Below, one piece after another: positions 27,641 through 36,187 of a stretch of 42,492 bases of DNA; the stretch's first letter is position 1, and each line of letters begins with the position of its first letter. Where the stretch lies: positions 1 through 42,492 of the forward strand of contig JASEIA010000001.1 of NCBI GenBank assembly GCA_030018575.1. The letters are read 5' to 3'. Position numbers and translations under genes: made by a program. Under the pieces are notes generated by a model that saw only the letters and a program-made list of their open reading frames with translations, was not told the origin of the DNA and ran no database searches. The stretch comes from Nanobdellota archaeon (GTDB lineage: Archaea; Nanobdellota; Nanobdellia; SCGC-AAA011-G17; GW2011-AR17).

Positions 27641-27754
27641 TCTATCCTCTTTTTAATAATGCCTCTAAGATGGATAAATAACGCTGATTAATAAATATAT
27701 CGCTTAGGAAAGAAATGCCCGCGGCCGAAATCACTCCCGACCGCAGGCACCTAA

Positions 27755-27878
27755 TGGGCCCCACGGGATTTGAACCCGCGACCACTGGTTGTCCTAAGCG
27801 TATGTACCAGTGCTAGCCATATAAGACCAGTGCTCTAATTGCCCGAATTTTAAATTCTCCAGGCTGAGCTAAGGGCCC
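27755..27878 (-). tRNA. tRNA-Ile(TAT) with two introns (D-loop 27839-27858; 37/38 at 27791-27819)
   Basis: Spliced form GGGCCCTTAGCTCAGCCTGGTTAGAGCACTGGTCTTATAAACCAGTGGTCGCGGGTTCAAATCCCGTGGGGCCCA; BHB motifs at both introns. Confidence 0.9.
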
Positions 27879-27974
27879 AATCTTATCGCTGATAGAAAGG
27901 AATAAGGCAGATATTTAAATGTTTTGATGGGCTTAAGCATAACTTTATATAGAAATATTTGTTATAATACTAGC

Positions 27975-28427
27975 ATGAACTGCAAGAGGTGCAACAATAA
28001 CTCTGAGAAAGGGGACTTGTTCTGCAGGAAATGCGGGGAAGAGCTGCCTGCTGATGAGACTTTCCAGTGCGATTGCGGAGCTGAAGTGAGGAATGAGGAC
28101 AGGTTCTGCCATAACTGCGGCGCAATGTTTTCAGCAGGACAGTGCAGCAATTGCAATGCTGATTTGGCTCCAAACGCAAAATACTGCCATGAGTGCGGCA
28201 CAAAGGCGGAAGAAACATCTGAGCAGCCTTCAGAGCCTGCTCCTGAAACTCCTTCTTACAGCGAGCCTTCTTATTCACCTGATGCGTATACGCCTGAGAA
28301 AGAGGCGCCTGCTGACATTGAAGTGTACGATGATTTTGGCAATGTGAGAAAGGTATCACAATTCAAGGAAGAGCCGCCAAAGAAGCCGAATTACAGGATG
28401 ACAGGCGACGGGTATTTTGAGCCTTAG
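27975..28427 (+). CDS. Multi zinc-ribbon (DZR-type) protein with acidic tail
   Basis: Repeated CxxC...FCxxCG units. Confidence 0.8.
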   Translation: MNCKRCNNNSEKGDLFCRKCGEELPADETFQCDCGAEVRNEDRFCHNCGAMFSAGQCSNCNADLAPNAKYCHECGTKAEETSEQPSEPAPETPSYSEPSYSPDAYTPEKEAPADIEVYDDFGNVRKVSQFKEEPPKKPNYRMTGDGYFEP

Positions 28428-29674
28428 GCAATCAAATAATTAGCAGTAGCTTTCTTAATCTTAACCTTAACTCTCTGCCCTAATTCAAGCTTGCCTTTCA
28501 CTACAACTAAAACATAGGAATCAGTCCTCCCCAGGCAGGCATTGTTTTTCCTTTTCTCATCAATCAAGATAAACATTTCCTTCCCAACTGCCTTTTTCTT
28601 CTCCTCCAAGGCGTTCTTCCTGAACACTTTCAGCATTCTGCTGCACCTTTCGCTTAAAACCTCGCTTCTTAATTGCTTCATAGAACCTGCTTTTGTGAAA
28701 GGCATTTGCCAATACCTGTTTAAATTCAATACAGGAGGCTTTACCTTCTCAATTAGTTTTACTGACTCAAGAAAATCCTTTTCAGTTTCAGAAGGAAAGC
28801 CGACAATCATGTCAGTTGATATTGTGATATCAGGCACATTCTTCTGAATCTCTTTAACAGTTGAAGAAAACTCGTCTGCCGTGTATTTTCTGTTCATTTC
28901 CTTAAGCACCTTGTTGCTTCCCGACTGTATTGGAATATGAAGAAACCTGAACATTTTCTCATTTTTAAAAATCCCAACAAGCTCTTTTGAATATTTCTTT
29001 ACAAACTGCGGATTAGCCATTCCCAGCCGCACTTTAAAATCCCCTTTTACTTCAAGAACTTTTGCAAGCAATGAAGGCAAATCGCTTCCAATGTCCATTC
29101 CATAGCAGCCTGTGTCCTGCGCAGTAATCCATATCTCCCTGCAGCCCTCTTTTACAGCAGTTTCTGTTTCTTTCACAATATCTTCAATTGGATAAGAAAT
29201 TAATTCACCCTTAATCGCTTTTACAGCGCAATAAGAGCAGTTTCCAAGGCAGCCTGCGCTTATCGGTATTATGCCTATTGCCTTGTTCTTCCTTATTCTC
29301 GGCGCACATAATTTTTTCCCTTCCTTTTTCTCAATAATCTCAACACTTTCTCCTTTCAAAAGCCCCTCAACAGCGCTGCAAACCAGTGCAATATTGTGCG
29401 TGCTCACGATTGAGGCTGAAGGAAACTCTTTCCTTATCTTTGGAAGCTGGTATGAAGGAATGCAGCCTGCAAAAACCAGCTTTCCTTTTGATTTTCTTGC
29501 GGCATTCATTCCCTTGTTAAAGCTAGGCCCTTTTACATTGCAGATGCTTATGATTGCAATATCCCCATCTGAATCAACAATATCATGCCCTGCTTCTTTC
29601 AAAAGCCCGGCCATTATCTCTGACTCGGCAATATTATTGCTGCATCCGAATGCAATAAGCTTTGCTTTTGCCAT
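28424..29674 (-). CDS. tRNA methylthiotransferase (archaeal MiaB-like, e-MtaB type)
   Basis: FGCSNN UPF0004, CLGNCSYC radical SAM motif, TRAM domain. Confidence 0.9.
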   Translation of the reverse strand: MAKAKLIAFGCSNNIAESEIMAGLLKEAGHDIVDSDGDIAIISICNVKGPSFNKGMNAARKSKGKLVFAGCIPSYQLPKIRKEFPSASIVSTHNIALVCSAVEGLLKGESVEIIEKKEGKKLCAPRIRKNKAIGIIPISAGCLGNCSYCAVKAIKGELISYPIEDIVKETETAVKEGCREIWITAQDTGCYGMDIGSDLPSLLAKVLEVKGDFKVRLGMANPQFVKKYSKELVGIFKNEKMFRFLHIPIQSGSNKVLKEMNRKYTADEFSSTVKEIQKNVPDITISTDMIVGFPSETEKDFLESVKLIEKVKPPVLNLNRYWQMPFTKAGSMKQLRSEVLSERCSRMLKVFRKNALEEKKKAVGKEMFILIDEKRKNNACLGRTDSYVLVVVKGKLELGQRVKVKIKKATANYLIA

Positions 29675-29705
29675 ATACGGCTTTTAAGAATCAAGGGGGT
29701 TTAAA

Positions 29706-30701
29706 TTACTTTTGTAATTTCTCGCGGGGCTTTTCCATGGCTAATTCCAGGATTTTATTGAGCAAATCAGCATAGTTCATGCCTTTTTCAGCAGAGGCCT
29801 TCACAAAGTCAGATTCCCCTGCAATGTAGCAGTTGGGGTTTGTGTCTATCACATAAACATTGTTGTCCTTGTCAACCCTCACGTCAACAGAGGCATATCC
29901 CCTGCATCCGAGTGCCTTGAAAGCAGCCCTTGCAGTGCCTTCAATTTTCTTTTTTAATTTTGGCTCTACCTCTTTTGCAATCACTGAGTCTGTGTTCTTG
30001 AAAACATTGCTGTTCTTGCTCCACTTTGCCTTGTAGCTCAGGATTTTAGGCAGGTGCTCGTCGTACGTGCTGTAATCAATCTCAAGCATTGGCATTGCCT
30101 CGGGATTCTCGTTTCCGAGAATAGGAATGCAGAATTCCCTTCCCTCGATGTATCTCTCCACAACAACAGGGCACTTGCATTCATCTATGACTGATTTTAT
30201 CCTTTTTCTCAATTTTTCCTCGCTGTCAACAACATTCTCAACTTCAATGCCGCAGCTTGCGTGCCCTATTGCCGGCTTGATTATTACCTGCGAGTTCAGC
30301 GCAATCCCCACTTTCTCATCGCCTGTTTCAAAAACCTGGAAATCAGGGGTAAGGATTCCATTTTCCATCAGCTTTTCCTTTATTTTTAGCTTGCTTATTG
30401 TTAAGTCTATCACTTCTGCTGTGTTTCCTGTAAAAGGGATTTTTGCAGTCGCAAGAATATTCGGGACAATTGCCTCGTCATGTATGTCCTCAAACCCGTC
30501 GCACAGGTTGAATGCAACATCATAGCCGTCAAGCTGCAGGGGCTTTGCCTTGTCAAACAGCATCGCGGCTGTCTCGTGCCCTGTCTTCTTGATTTCAGAA
30601 ATAATCAGCTTGTCAACAGGCCAGAACCTTTCTTCCACAGTTTCATTGTTGAATCTTGGTGAGCATAATACAAGCACATTCATTTTTTTTTCCGTCGTCA
30701 A
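29706..30701 (-). CDS. D-Ala-D-Ala ligase-like ATP-grasp enzyme
   Basis: FNLCDG, IPFTG, IIKP..HASCGI, ERYIEGRE, SYKAKW, DVRVD..DTNPN; TTG start. Confidence 0.8.
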   Translation of the reverse strand: MTTEKKMNVLVLCSPRFNNETVEERFWPVDKLIISEIKKTGHETAAMLFDKAKPLQLDGYDVAFNLCDGFEDIHDEAIVPNILATAKIPFTGNTAEVIDLTISKLKIKEKLMENGILTPDFQVFETGDEKVGIALNSQVIIKPAIGHASCGIEVENVVDSEEKLRKRIKSVIDECKCPVVVERYIEGREFCIPILGNENPEAMPMLEIDYSTYDEHLPKILSYKAKWSKNSNVFKNTDSVIAKEVEPKLKKKIEGTARAAFKALGCRGYASVDVRVDKDNNVYVIDTNPNCYIAGESDFVKASAEKGMNYADLLNKILELAMEKPREKLQK

Positions 30702-30835
30702 ATTTTATTGCTAAATTTGCCTCTCTTTTTCTATGATTTATAATGAATCTTTCTATATAAACATTTCTTTTTTCATAATTTTTGAAAAAACTTTGTTTTG
30801 AATGAAATTACTTGCTGAATCTGCAGATTCTGTTT

Positions 30836-32152
30836 TCAGTTTTCTCCTTTATCCCCTTTTGGAAATTCAAAAGCAGAAAGCTCATCTTCAGGAAACTGCA
30901 TTCTCTTGCTTATTGCCTCCCTGTATGCAGATGTATCAGGCATTTCTTCGCTTGAAGCACCGCTTATCATCTGCCTTGCGTGTATTCTTGCGGCATCAAG
31001 GCATATTTCCTCAATATCTCTTCCTGACATTTTCTTTGACATCTTTGCAAGCCAGCCAGACTCTTCGCCAATGTGCCCTGCATAGTGCCTGAATATTTCC
31101 GCCCTTTCTTTTTCGCTAGGGAGCCTGAATTCTATCACGTTATTTCCAAAGCGGCTTATCAGCGCAGCGTCCAAATCTTCCTTCTTGTTTGTTGCGCCTA
31201 TTATCATCGTGTTGTCTTTTGATGAAAATCCCTGTATGTGCCTGAGCAATACAGAAAGAAGCCTTCTTGTTGCTTCGTGCATGTTCTTGTTTCTTCCTGT
31301 TGCAAGCGAATCTATTTCATCAAGAAATACCATGCATCTTTCAAATTCAGAAGACCATGCGAATATTGAGCCCAGTATTTTTTCAGACTCGCCGTACCAA
31401 CAGCTCATGACTGATTCTATGGGGATATAAACAAGATTTGTTCCTGTTTCATATGCAATCACTTTTGCCATAGTCGTCTTTCCTGTTCCGGGCGGCCCTG
31501 AAAACAGAACCGCCTTTGGCAAGAGATTCCTGAGCCCTGTCCTTTCTTCAAGCCCCTTGTAAACTTCGGGATGCTTGAACGGAAGAATAACTGCGTCCTC
31601 AACAAGCTGTTTTACATCTTCATACCCAACTATTGAGCTGAAATTATATTTTTGATTTGGCTTGTAAAGAACCGCGCCAAGCTTCTCAAGGGCTTTTTCA
31701 GGAGCCATCTTTTCCTTTACTTTTTCAGGCATAGCCATCTTTTCTATGATTTTGAGCATCGCCTGCAGGTCTATGTCACTGAAATCTCTTATTTTTGAGA
31801 ACACTATTTTGTCATTTAATTCCTCGCGATACCTATTTTCAGGCATTAATGTTACTGAAAAATATTTGTCTTTCTGCTCTTCTGCTTTTTCGCCGTATCC
31901 ATACTTATTTCCCACTATAACGCTGTATCCCCATCCGCAGTCTATAGCCACATTTTGTTTGTAAACACTGGTCATTATGTCTGCAATATTTGTAAGAAAT
32001 GCCCTGCCTGCCGCAGCATAAAATATAATCTTTATGTCTCCATCTTCATATTTAAATTCGGGCTTTGAAACAGCAAGTGTTTCTGCTTTTGTTGTCTTGA
32101 CTATTTCTTCAAGGCAGTTGTTCACAGCCATTTTTACTTTTTCAAATTCCAT
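30836..32152 (-). CDS. Classical-clade AAA ATPase with divergent N-domain
   Basis: GPPGTGKT, FLDEIDSL, GATN..LDAALISRF, MSGRDI; GGAGG RBS before ATG 32152. Confidence 0.88.
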   Translation of the reverse strand: MEFEKVKMAVNNCLEEIVKTTKAETLAVSKPEFKYEDGDIKIIFYAAAGRAFLTNIADIMTSVYKQNVAIDCGWGYSVIVGNKYGYGEKAEEQKDKYFSVTLMPENRYREELNDKIVFSKIRDFSDIDLQAMLKIIEKMAMPEKVKEKMAPEKALEKLGAVLYKPNQKYNFSSIVGYEDVKQLVEDAVILPFKHPEVYKGLEERTGLRNLLPKAVLFSGPPGTGKTTMAKVIAYETGTNLVYIPIESVMSCWYGESEKILGSIFAWSSEFERCMVFLDEIDSLATGRNKNMHEATRRLLSVLLRHIQGFSSKDNTMIIGATNKKEDLDAALISRFGNNVIEFRLPSEKERAEIFRHYAGHIGEESGWLAKMSKKMSGRDIEEICLDAARIHARQMISGASSEEMPDTSAYREAISKRMQFPEDELSAFEFPKGDKGEN

Positions 32153-32171
32153 TTTTTCCTCCGTTATCTTA

Positions 32172-32450
32172 TTATTCAGGCAATTGGAAAGAATCGTCAG
32201 GGCCTTCTGTCGGCGGCTCAAGCATCTTTGTGACTGCGTCAACCTGGTCTGAAGGAATCTGGTATCCTGCAACCCTTCGCTCCAAAGCGTCTACCTGCAG
32301 CCCTGCGATTGATGCTGTGGAAGCAAGGACAATTGCTGTCTGCGGAATTTCTGCCATTGATGCCCTATCTGTTCCAGCATGCGTGATAGGATAACCATTT
32401 CTTTTTTCTTCTTCTTTTGTAGGCGTCCTTACTTCTATTTCTTTTGCCAT
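32172..32450 (-). CDS. Hypothetical protein
   Basis: AGGGGGTA RBS; co-oriented upstream of the AAA ATPase. Confidence 0.6.
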   Translation of the reverse strand: MAKEIEVRTPTKEEEKRNGYPITHAGTDRASMAEIPQTAIVLASTASIAGLQVDALERRVAGYQIPSDQVDAVTKMLEPPTEGPDDSFQLPE

Positions 32451-32551
32451 ATACCCCCTAAACATGATTTTTTAACTCATTTTAGGATATTCCACCCATA
32501 TATAAACCTTTTGCTATAATGACATTTAGAAAGTAGTTACAACATTCAGCA

Positions 32552-32797
32552 TTAAATTTCCCATGACTTTTCCTGCAATTCCATGGCAACAGCCTGTTCT
32601 GCATCCTCTTTTTTTATTGTCTTCCTGCCGTGCGAGACTGCCTCTTCCCTTGCCCTGCGTATAAGCTTCCCTGCAGATGATTCAAGGGCAGTTTCCAGCA
32701 CGTCCAGCGCGCCGGGGCTGACTCTTTCTTTCCCATCTTCCTTAAACTCCCTAAGAAGCCCGGATATGTTAATTAATGCATTAACCTTTTTTGCCAT
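32552..32797 (-). CDS. Archaeal histone-fold protein (divergent)
   Basis: ERVSPGA...HGRKTIKKEDA L1/L2 histone signatures. Confidence 0.8.
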   Translation of the reverse strand: MAKKVNALINISGLLREFKEDGKERVSPGALDVLETALESSAGKLIRRAREEAVSHGRKTIKKEDAEQAVAMELQEKSWEI

Positions 32798-32812
32798 TTT
32801 TATAACCTTTTA

Positions 32813-33340
32813 CTAATGTATTAATACAAACATTTTCTTGAATTTTACGCCCATATTAAGCAAAAGCCTTTCAAATATATTCTCTTCGCTGACAGGCACT
32901 GCAAACACTTGGTTGGCAAGCCAATAGCCCCCTTTTTGCTCCACCAGCCCCTTTTCACCTGCCTTTCCCCTTAAGGCGTTTACAGCCATTACTTTTGCCG
33001 ACGGAGCCATGCCTTTCAGCTCATAAGCAAACATTGCTTTGGCAATAAACCTGTAATCCTCGCAGAAAGGCCTGTTTTTTTTAAGGCTGTATCCTTCCCT
33101 GAGCAATGTGTTGACAAGGGAGGGCGGGTTAAGGACAAAATCTTCCGGCTTCAAGCGGCTTATGTGAAATCCGCCAATGCTGTATTTTGTGTCTTTTCCG
33201 GAAATAACAGCTATGTCAATATCATTCGGCTCAGCCTTTCCTTTTGCAAATGAGCCGAATAGGATAATGTCATAAACATCCTTGTCTTTAAGGACATTTT
33301 TCAGCTTATTTCTTATTAAAGGCAAGCTGTTTAAGCTCAT
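32813..33340 (-). CDS. MNT nucleotidyltransferase with extra C-terminal domain
   Basis: LFGSFAKG..DIDIAV; about 75-aa alpha/beta C-terminal extension. Confidence 0.8.
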   Translation of the reverse strand: MSLNSLPLIRNKLKNVLKDKDVYDIILFGSFAKGKAEPNDIDIAVISGKDTKYSIGGFHISRLKPEDFVLNPPSLVNTLLREGYSLKKNRPFCEDYRFIAKAMFAYELKGMAPSAKVMAVNALRGKAGEKGLVEQKGGYWLANQVFAVPVSEENIFERLLLNMGVKFKKMFVLIH

Positions 33341-33638
33341 AAGCATACTCCCTCATTTTTAGCGCCTGCATTTTGTCCATGCGCAGGTTATACGATTTTG
33401 TGTAATCTTCAAAAAGCCCGGAAACCTTGCTATAGATATCCTTGAAGTGGCTTCTTAGTATGGAAAACCTTTCATTATGATTTTTTGGCAGGATTCTCAT
33501 ATCTTTATATATAAGATAATCGCAGATTATCGCAACTGCCTTGAAAAAATCCGACACCGCGGCATTATACCTCTTTTTTTTGAGGTTGTCTTCGCCGGAC
33601 TGCATGAATTCCTCCGCATTTATCCTGAGCTCTTCCAT
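33306..33638 (-). CDS. HEPN domain protein
   Basis: EEFMQSGEDNL..YNAAV..FKA..PKNHNERF; overlaps the MNT gene. Confidence 0.7.
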   Translation of the reverse strand: MEELRINAEEFMQSGEDNLKKKRYNAAVSDFFKAVAIICDYLIYKDMRILPKNHNERFSILRSHFKDIYSKVSGLFEDYTKSYNLRMDKMQALKMREYAYELKQLAFNKK

Positions 33639-33766
33639 TAATATATTAATAATTAATGCCCTTTTTATAGTTTTCGGTTAATGCATTAATTACAGCCCTG
33701 CTTTTTTTCTGCTTTTGCATTCAATAACCTTTTTATACGCAAAATGCGTCATATTACCTGAAAAAG

Positions 33767-35440
33767 ATGGTGCCTTTAACAGCAAATGCAAGGATTGTCC
33801 TGGAAGCAAGATACCTGAAAAAGGACAATAAGGGAAAGATAATTGAAACGCCTGAGCAGATGTTTAAGCGCGTTGCAAAAGCTGTATCACTTCCAGACAG
33901 GAGATACAGGCAGAATCCGAAAAAAGCGGAAAAAGAGTTCTATGAATTGATGTCAGGGCTGAAATTCCTCCCTAATTCTCCCACTCTTATGAACGCAGGG
34001 ACTGAAAAGCAGATGCTGTCAGCTTGTTTCGTCCTTCCTGTCGAGGATTCTTTGGAATCAATATTTACAACACTAAAGAACATGGCCCTTATAGAGCAGG
34101 TTGGAGGGGGAGTCGGGTTTAACTTCTCTGCATTAAGAAGCAAGGGATCTGTAGTCGGCTCTACAAAAGGCGTTGCATCAGGCCCTGTGAGCTTCATGAA
34201 AATATATGATGCCTCAACAGAGGTAATCAAGCAAGGCTCAAGAAGAAGGGGCGCAATGATGGGCATACTGAATGCAAATCATCCAGATATTGAGGAATTT
34301 ATAACAGCAAAGCAAAAAGGGGATATGCTGAATAACTTTAATTTATCAGTTGCAGTGCCTGACTATTTCATGAAAAAGGCAAATAATTCTAAACTATTCA
34401 AGTTAATTGCTGAGAATGCCTGGAAAACAGGAGATCCAGGGCTTGTGTTCATTGATGAAATCAACAGGAAGCATCCATTGAAGGATAAGATAACATCTAC
34501 AAACCCCTGTGCAGAGGCGCCTTTATTGCCTTATGAATCCTGCAATTTAGGCTCAATCAATTTATCCAAATTCGTAAAGAACAACAAGGTTGATTTTGAA
34601 GAATTAAAGAAGGCAGTGCATACAGGCGTGCATTTTCTGGATAATGTGATTGACGTGAACAAATATCCGGTAAAGGAAACAGAATTAATAACAAAGGCAA
34701 ACAGGAAGATTGGATTGGGGGTTATGGGATTTGCAGAGATGCTTATACAATTGAATGTTGCGTATGACTCTGACGAGGCTGTTGCTTTTGCTGAAAAATT
34801 AATGAGATTCATACGGGCAGAGGCTGAAAATGCATCCATTGAACTGGCAAGAAAGAGGGGAGCTTTTCCTAATTTCAAAAAAAGCAAATTAAAAAGAAAG
34901 CAGAGGAATGCGGCTGTCACGTCAATTGCTCCAACTGGAACAATTTCAATCATAGCAGGAACTTCTTCAGGCATCGAGCCTTTGTTTGCTGTCTCTTTCG
35001 TAAGGGAAGTGCTTAACACAAAGCTTGCTGAAACCAACCATTTGTTTTCAGATATTGCAAAAGAGCGCGGCTTTTATACAAAGGAATTAATGGAAAAGGC
35101 AGCGCAATGGGGAAGCGTGCAGAAATTAAATGTCCCTGCTGATGTCAAAAGATTGTTTGTAATTTCCCATGAGATAAAGCCAGAATGGCATGTAAAAGTG
35201 CAGGCTGCTTTTCAGAGGTGGGTTGACAATGCAGTAAGCAAGACTGTGAATTTGCCGAGCAATGCATCAATTGATGACGTAATGGCTGTTTATTTGTCAG
35301 CCTGGAAGATGAAGTGCAAGGGAATCACTGTTTATAGGTATGGAAGCAAATCAGAGCAGGTATTATATGCAGGCGAAGATGCAGTGAAAGTTCATTCAGA
35401 ATTTTCAGGCGGATGCATAAAGGGAGAATGTTCGTTGTAG
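33767..35440 (+). CDS. nrdJ: Class II (AdoCbl-dependent) ribonucleotide reductase
   Basis: PNSPTLMNAG, SACFV, RRGAMM, TNPCAE, IAPTGT, VSKTVN, C-terminal Cys pair. Confidence 0.95.
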   Translation: MVPLTANARIVLEARYLKKDNKGKIIETPEQMFKRVAKAVSLPDRRYRQNPKKAEKEFYELMSGLKFLPNSPTLMNAGTEKQMLSACFVLPVEDSLESIFTTLKNMALIEQVGGGVGFNFSALRSKGSVVGSTKGVASGPVSFMKIYDASTEVIKQGSRRRGAMMGILNANHPDIEEFITAKQKGDMLNNFNLSVAVPDYFMKKANNSKLFKLIAENAWKTGDPGLVFIDEINRKHPLKDKITSTNPCAEAPLLPYESCNLGSINLSKFVKNNKVDFEELKKAVHTGVHFLDNVIDVNKYPVKETELITKANRKIGLGVMGFAEMLIQLNVAYDSDEAVAFAEKLMRFIRAEAENASIELARKRGAFPNFKKSKLKRKQRNAAVTSIAPTGTISIIAGTSSGIEPLFAVSFVREVLNTKLAETNHLFSDIAKERGFYTKELMEKAAQWGSVQKLNVPADVKRLFVISHEIKPEWHVKVQAAFQRWVDNAVSKTVNLPSNASIDDVMAVYLSAWKMKCKGITVYRYGSKSEQVLYAGEDAVKVHSEFSGGCIKGECSL

Positions 35441-35471
35441 GAGGCATCAGAACTAAAGTTCTGGGCCTCCT
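35439..35471 (+). terminator. Stem-loop between nrdJ and cobA
   Basis: AGGAGGC..AGAACT-aa-AGTTCT..GCCTCCT followed by TT. Confidence 0.4.
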
Positions 35472-35494
35472 TTCGTAAAACTCAGGAGGAAAAA

Positions 35495-36004
35495 ATGGCA
35501 AAAGGAAACATATTTTTAATCACAGGCAATGGGGCTGGAAAGACAACAGCTGCATTGGGGGCTGCCTTGAGAGCTTGCGGGCACAGGCAGAATGTTGTCA
35601 TGGTGCAGTTCATGAAAGGAAGAAAGGATATTGGGGAATACAAGGTGCAAAAGCAGTTGAAAACATTCAGGGTTTACCAGTTTGGAAGAAAGCAGTTTGT
35701 TGACTTAAAGCATCCTGAGCTTGAAGACATGAAGCTTGCAGCGAAAGGGCTTGAGTTTGTCAGGAAGATGAAAAGCTGGCCTGATGTCCTGATACTTGAC
35801 GAAGTGAACCTTGCGATATCAACAGGCATGCTTTCAAACGAGGAAGTGATTGCTGTTTTGAATAAAATTCCTGCAAAGTGCAATGTGTTTGTCACAGGCA
35901 GGTATGCTTCCCCAAAGATGATGGATTTTGCGGATTACGTGAATGAGATATTGCTGTTAAAGGCGCCTAAACAAATGAAGACAAGGAAAGGGATTGAGTT
36001 TTAG
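35495..36004 (+). CDS. cobA: Cob(I)alamin adenosyltransferase (CobA/BtuR)
   Basis: TGNGAGKTTAALG, VQFMKG, LILDEV, VTGR, RKGIEF. Confidence 0.93.
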   Translation: MAKGNIFLITGNGAGKTTAALGAALRACGHRQNVVMVQFMKGRKDIGEYKVQKQLKTFRVYQFGRKQFVDLKHPELEDMKLAAKGLEFVRKMKSWPDVLILDEVNLAISTGMLSNEEVIAVLNKIPAKCNVFVTGRYASPKMMDFADYVNEILLLKAPKQMKTRKGIEF

Positions 36005-36062
36005 TTGGTGGCTTGTAGGTTGTGGCAGGCAGGGTATTAGGGGTGGCAGGAGGCTTTTTATA

Positions 36063-36174
36063 AGATTAGCCTATTGCACTAGACTAATAATTAGATTATT
36101 AGTCCAGTAGGATATACTAATAAGCCGATTATTAGGCTATTGCGATGGACGAAAGACTTAAATATTAGTCCATC
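36063..36174. promoter_or_regulatory. 33-bp-periodic palindrome array upstream of the ATPase
   Basis: ATTAG at 36065/36098/36131/36164; GACTAATAA-N5-TTATTAGTC and CTAATAA-N5-TTATTAG. Confidence 0.7.
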
Positions 36175-36187
36175 ATACTATACGAAT

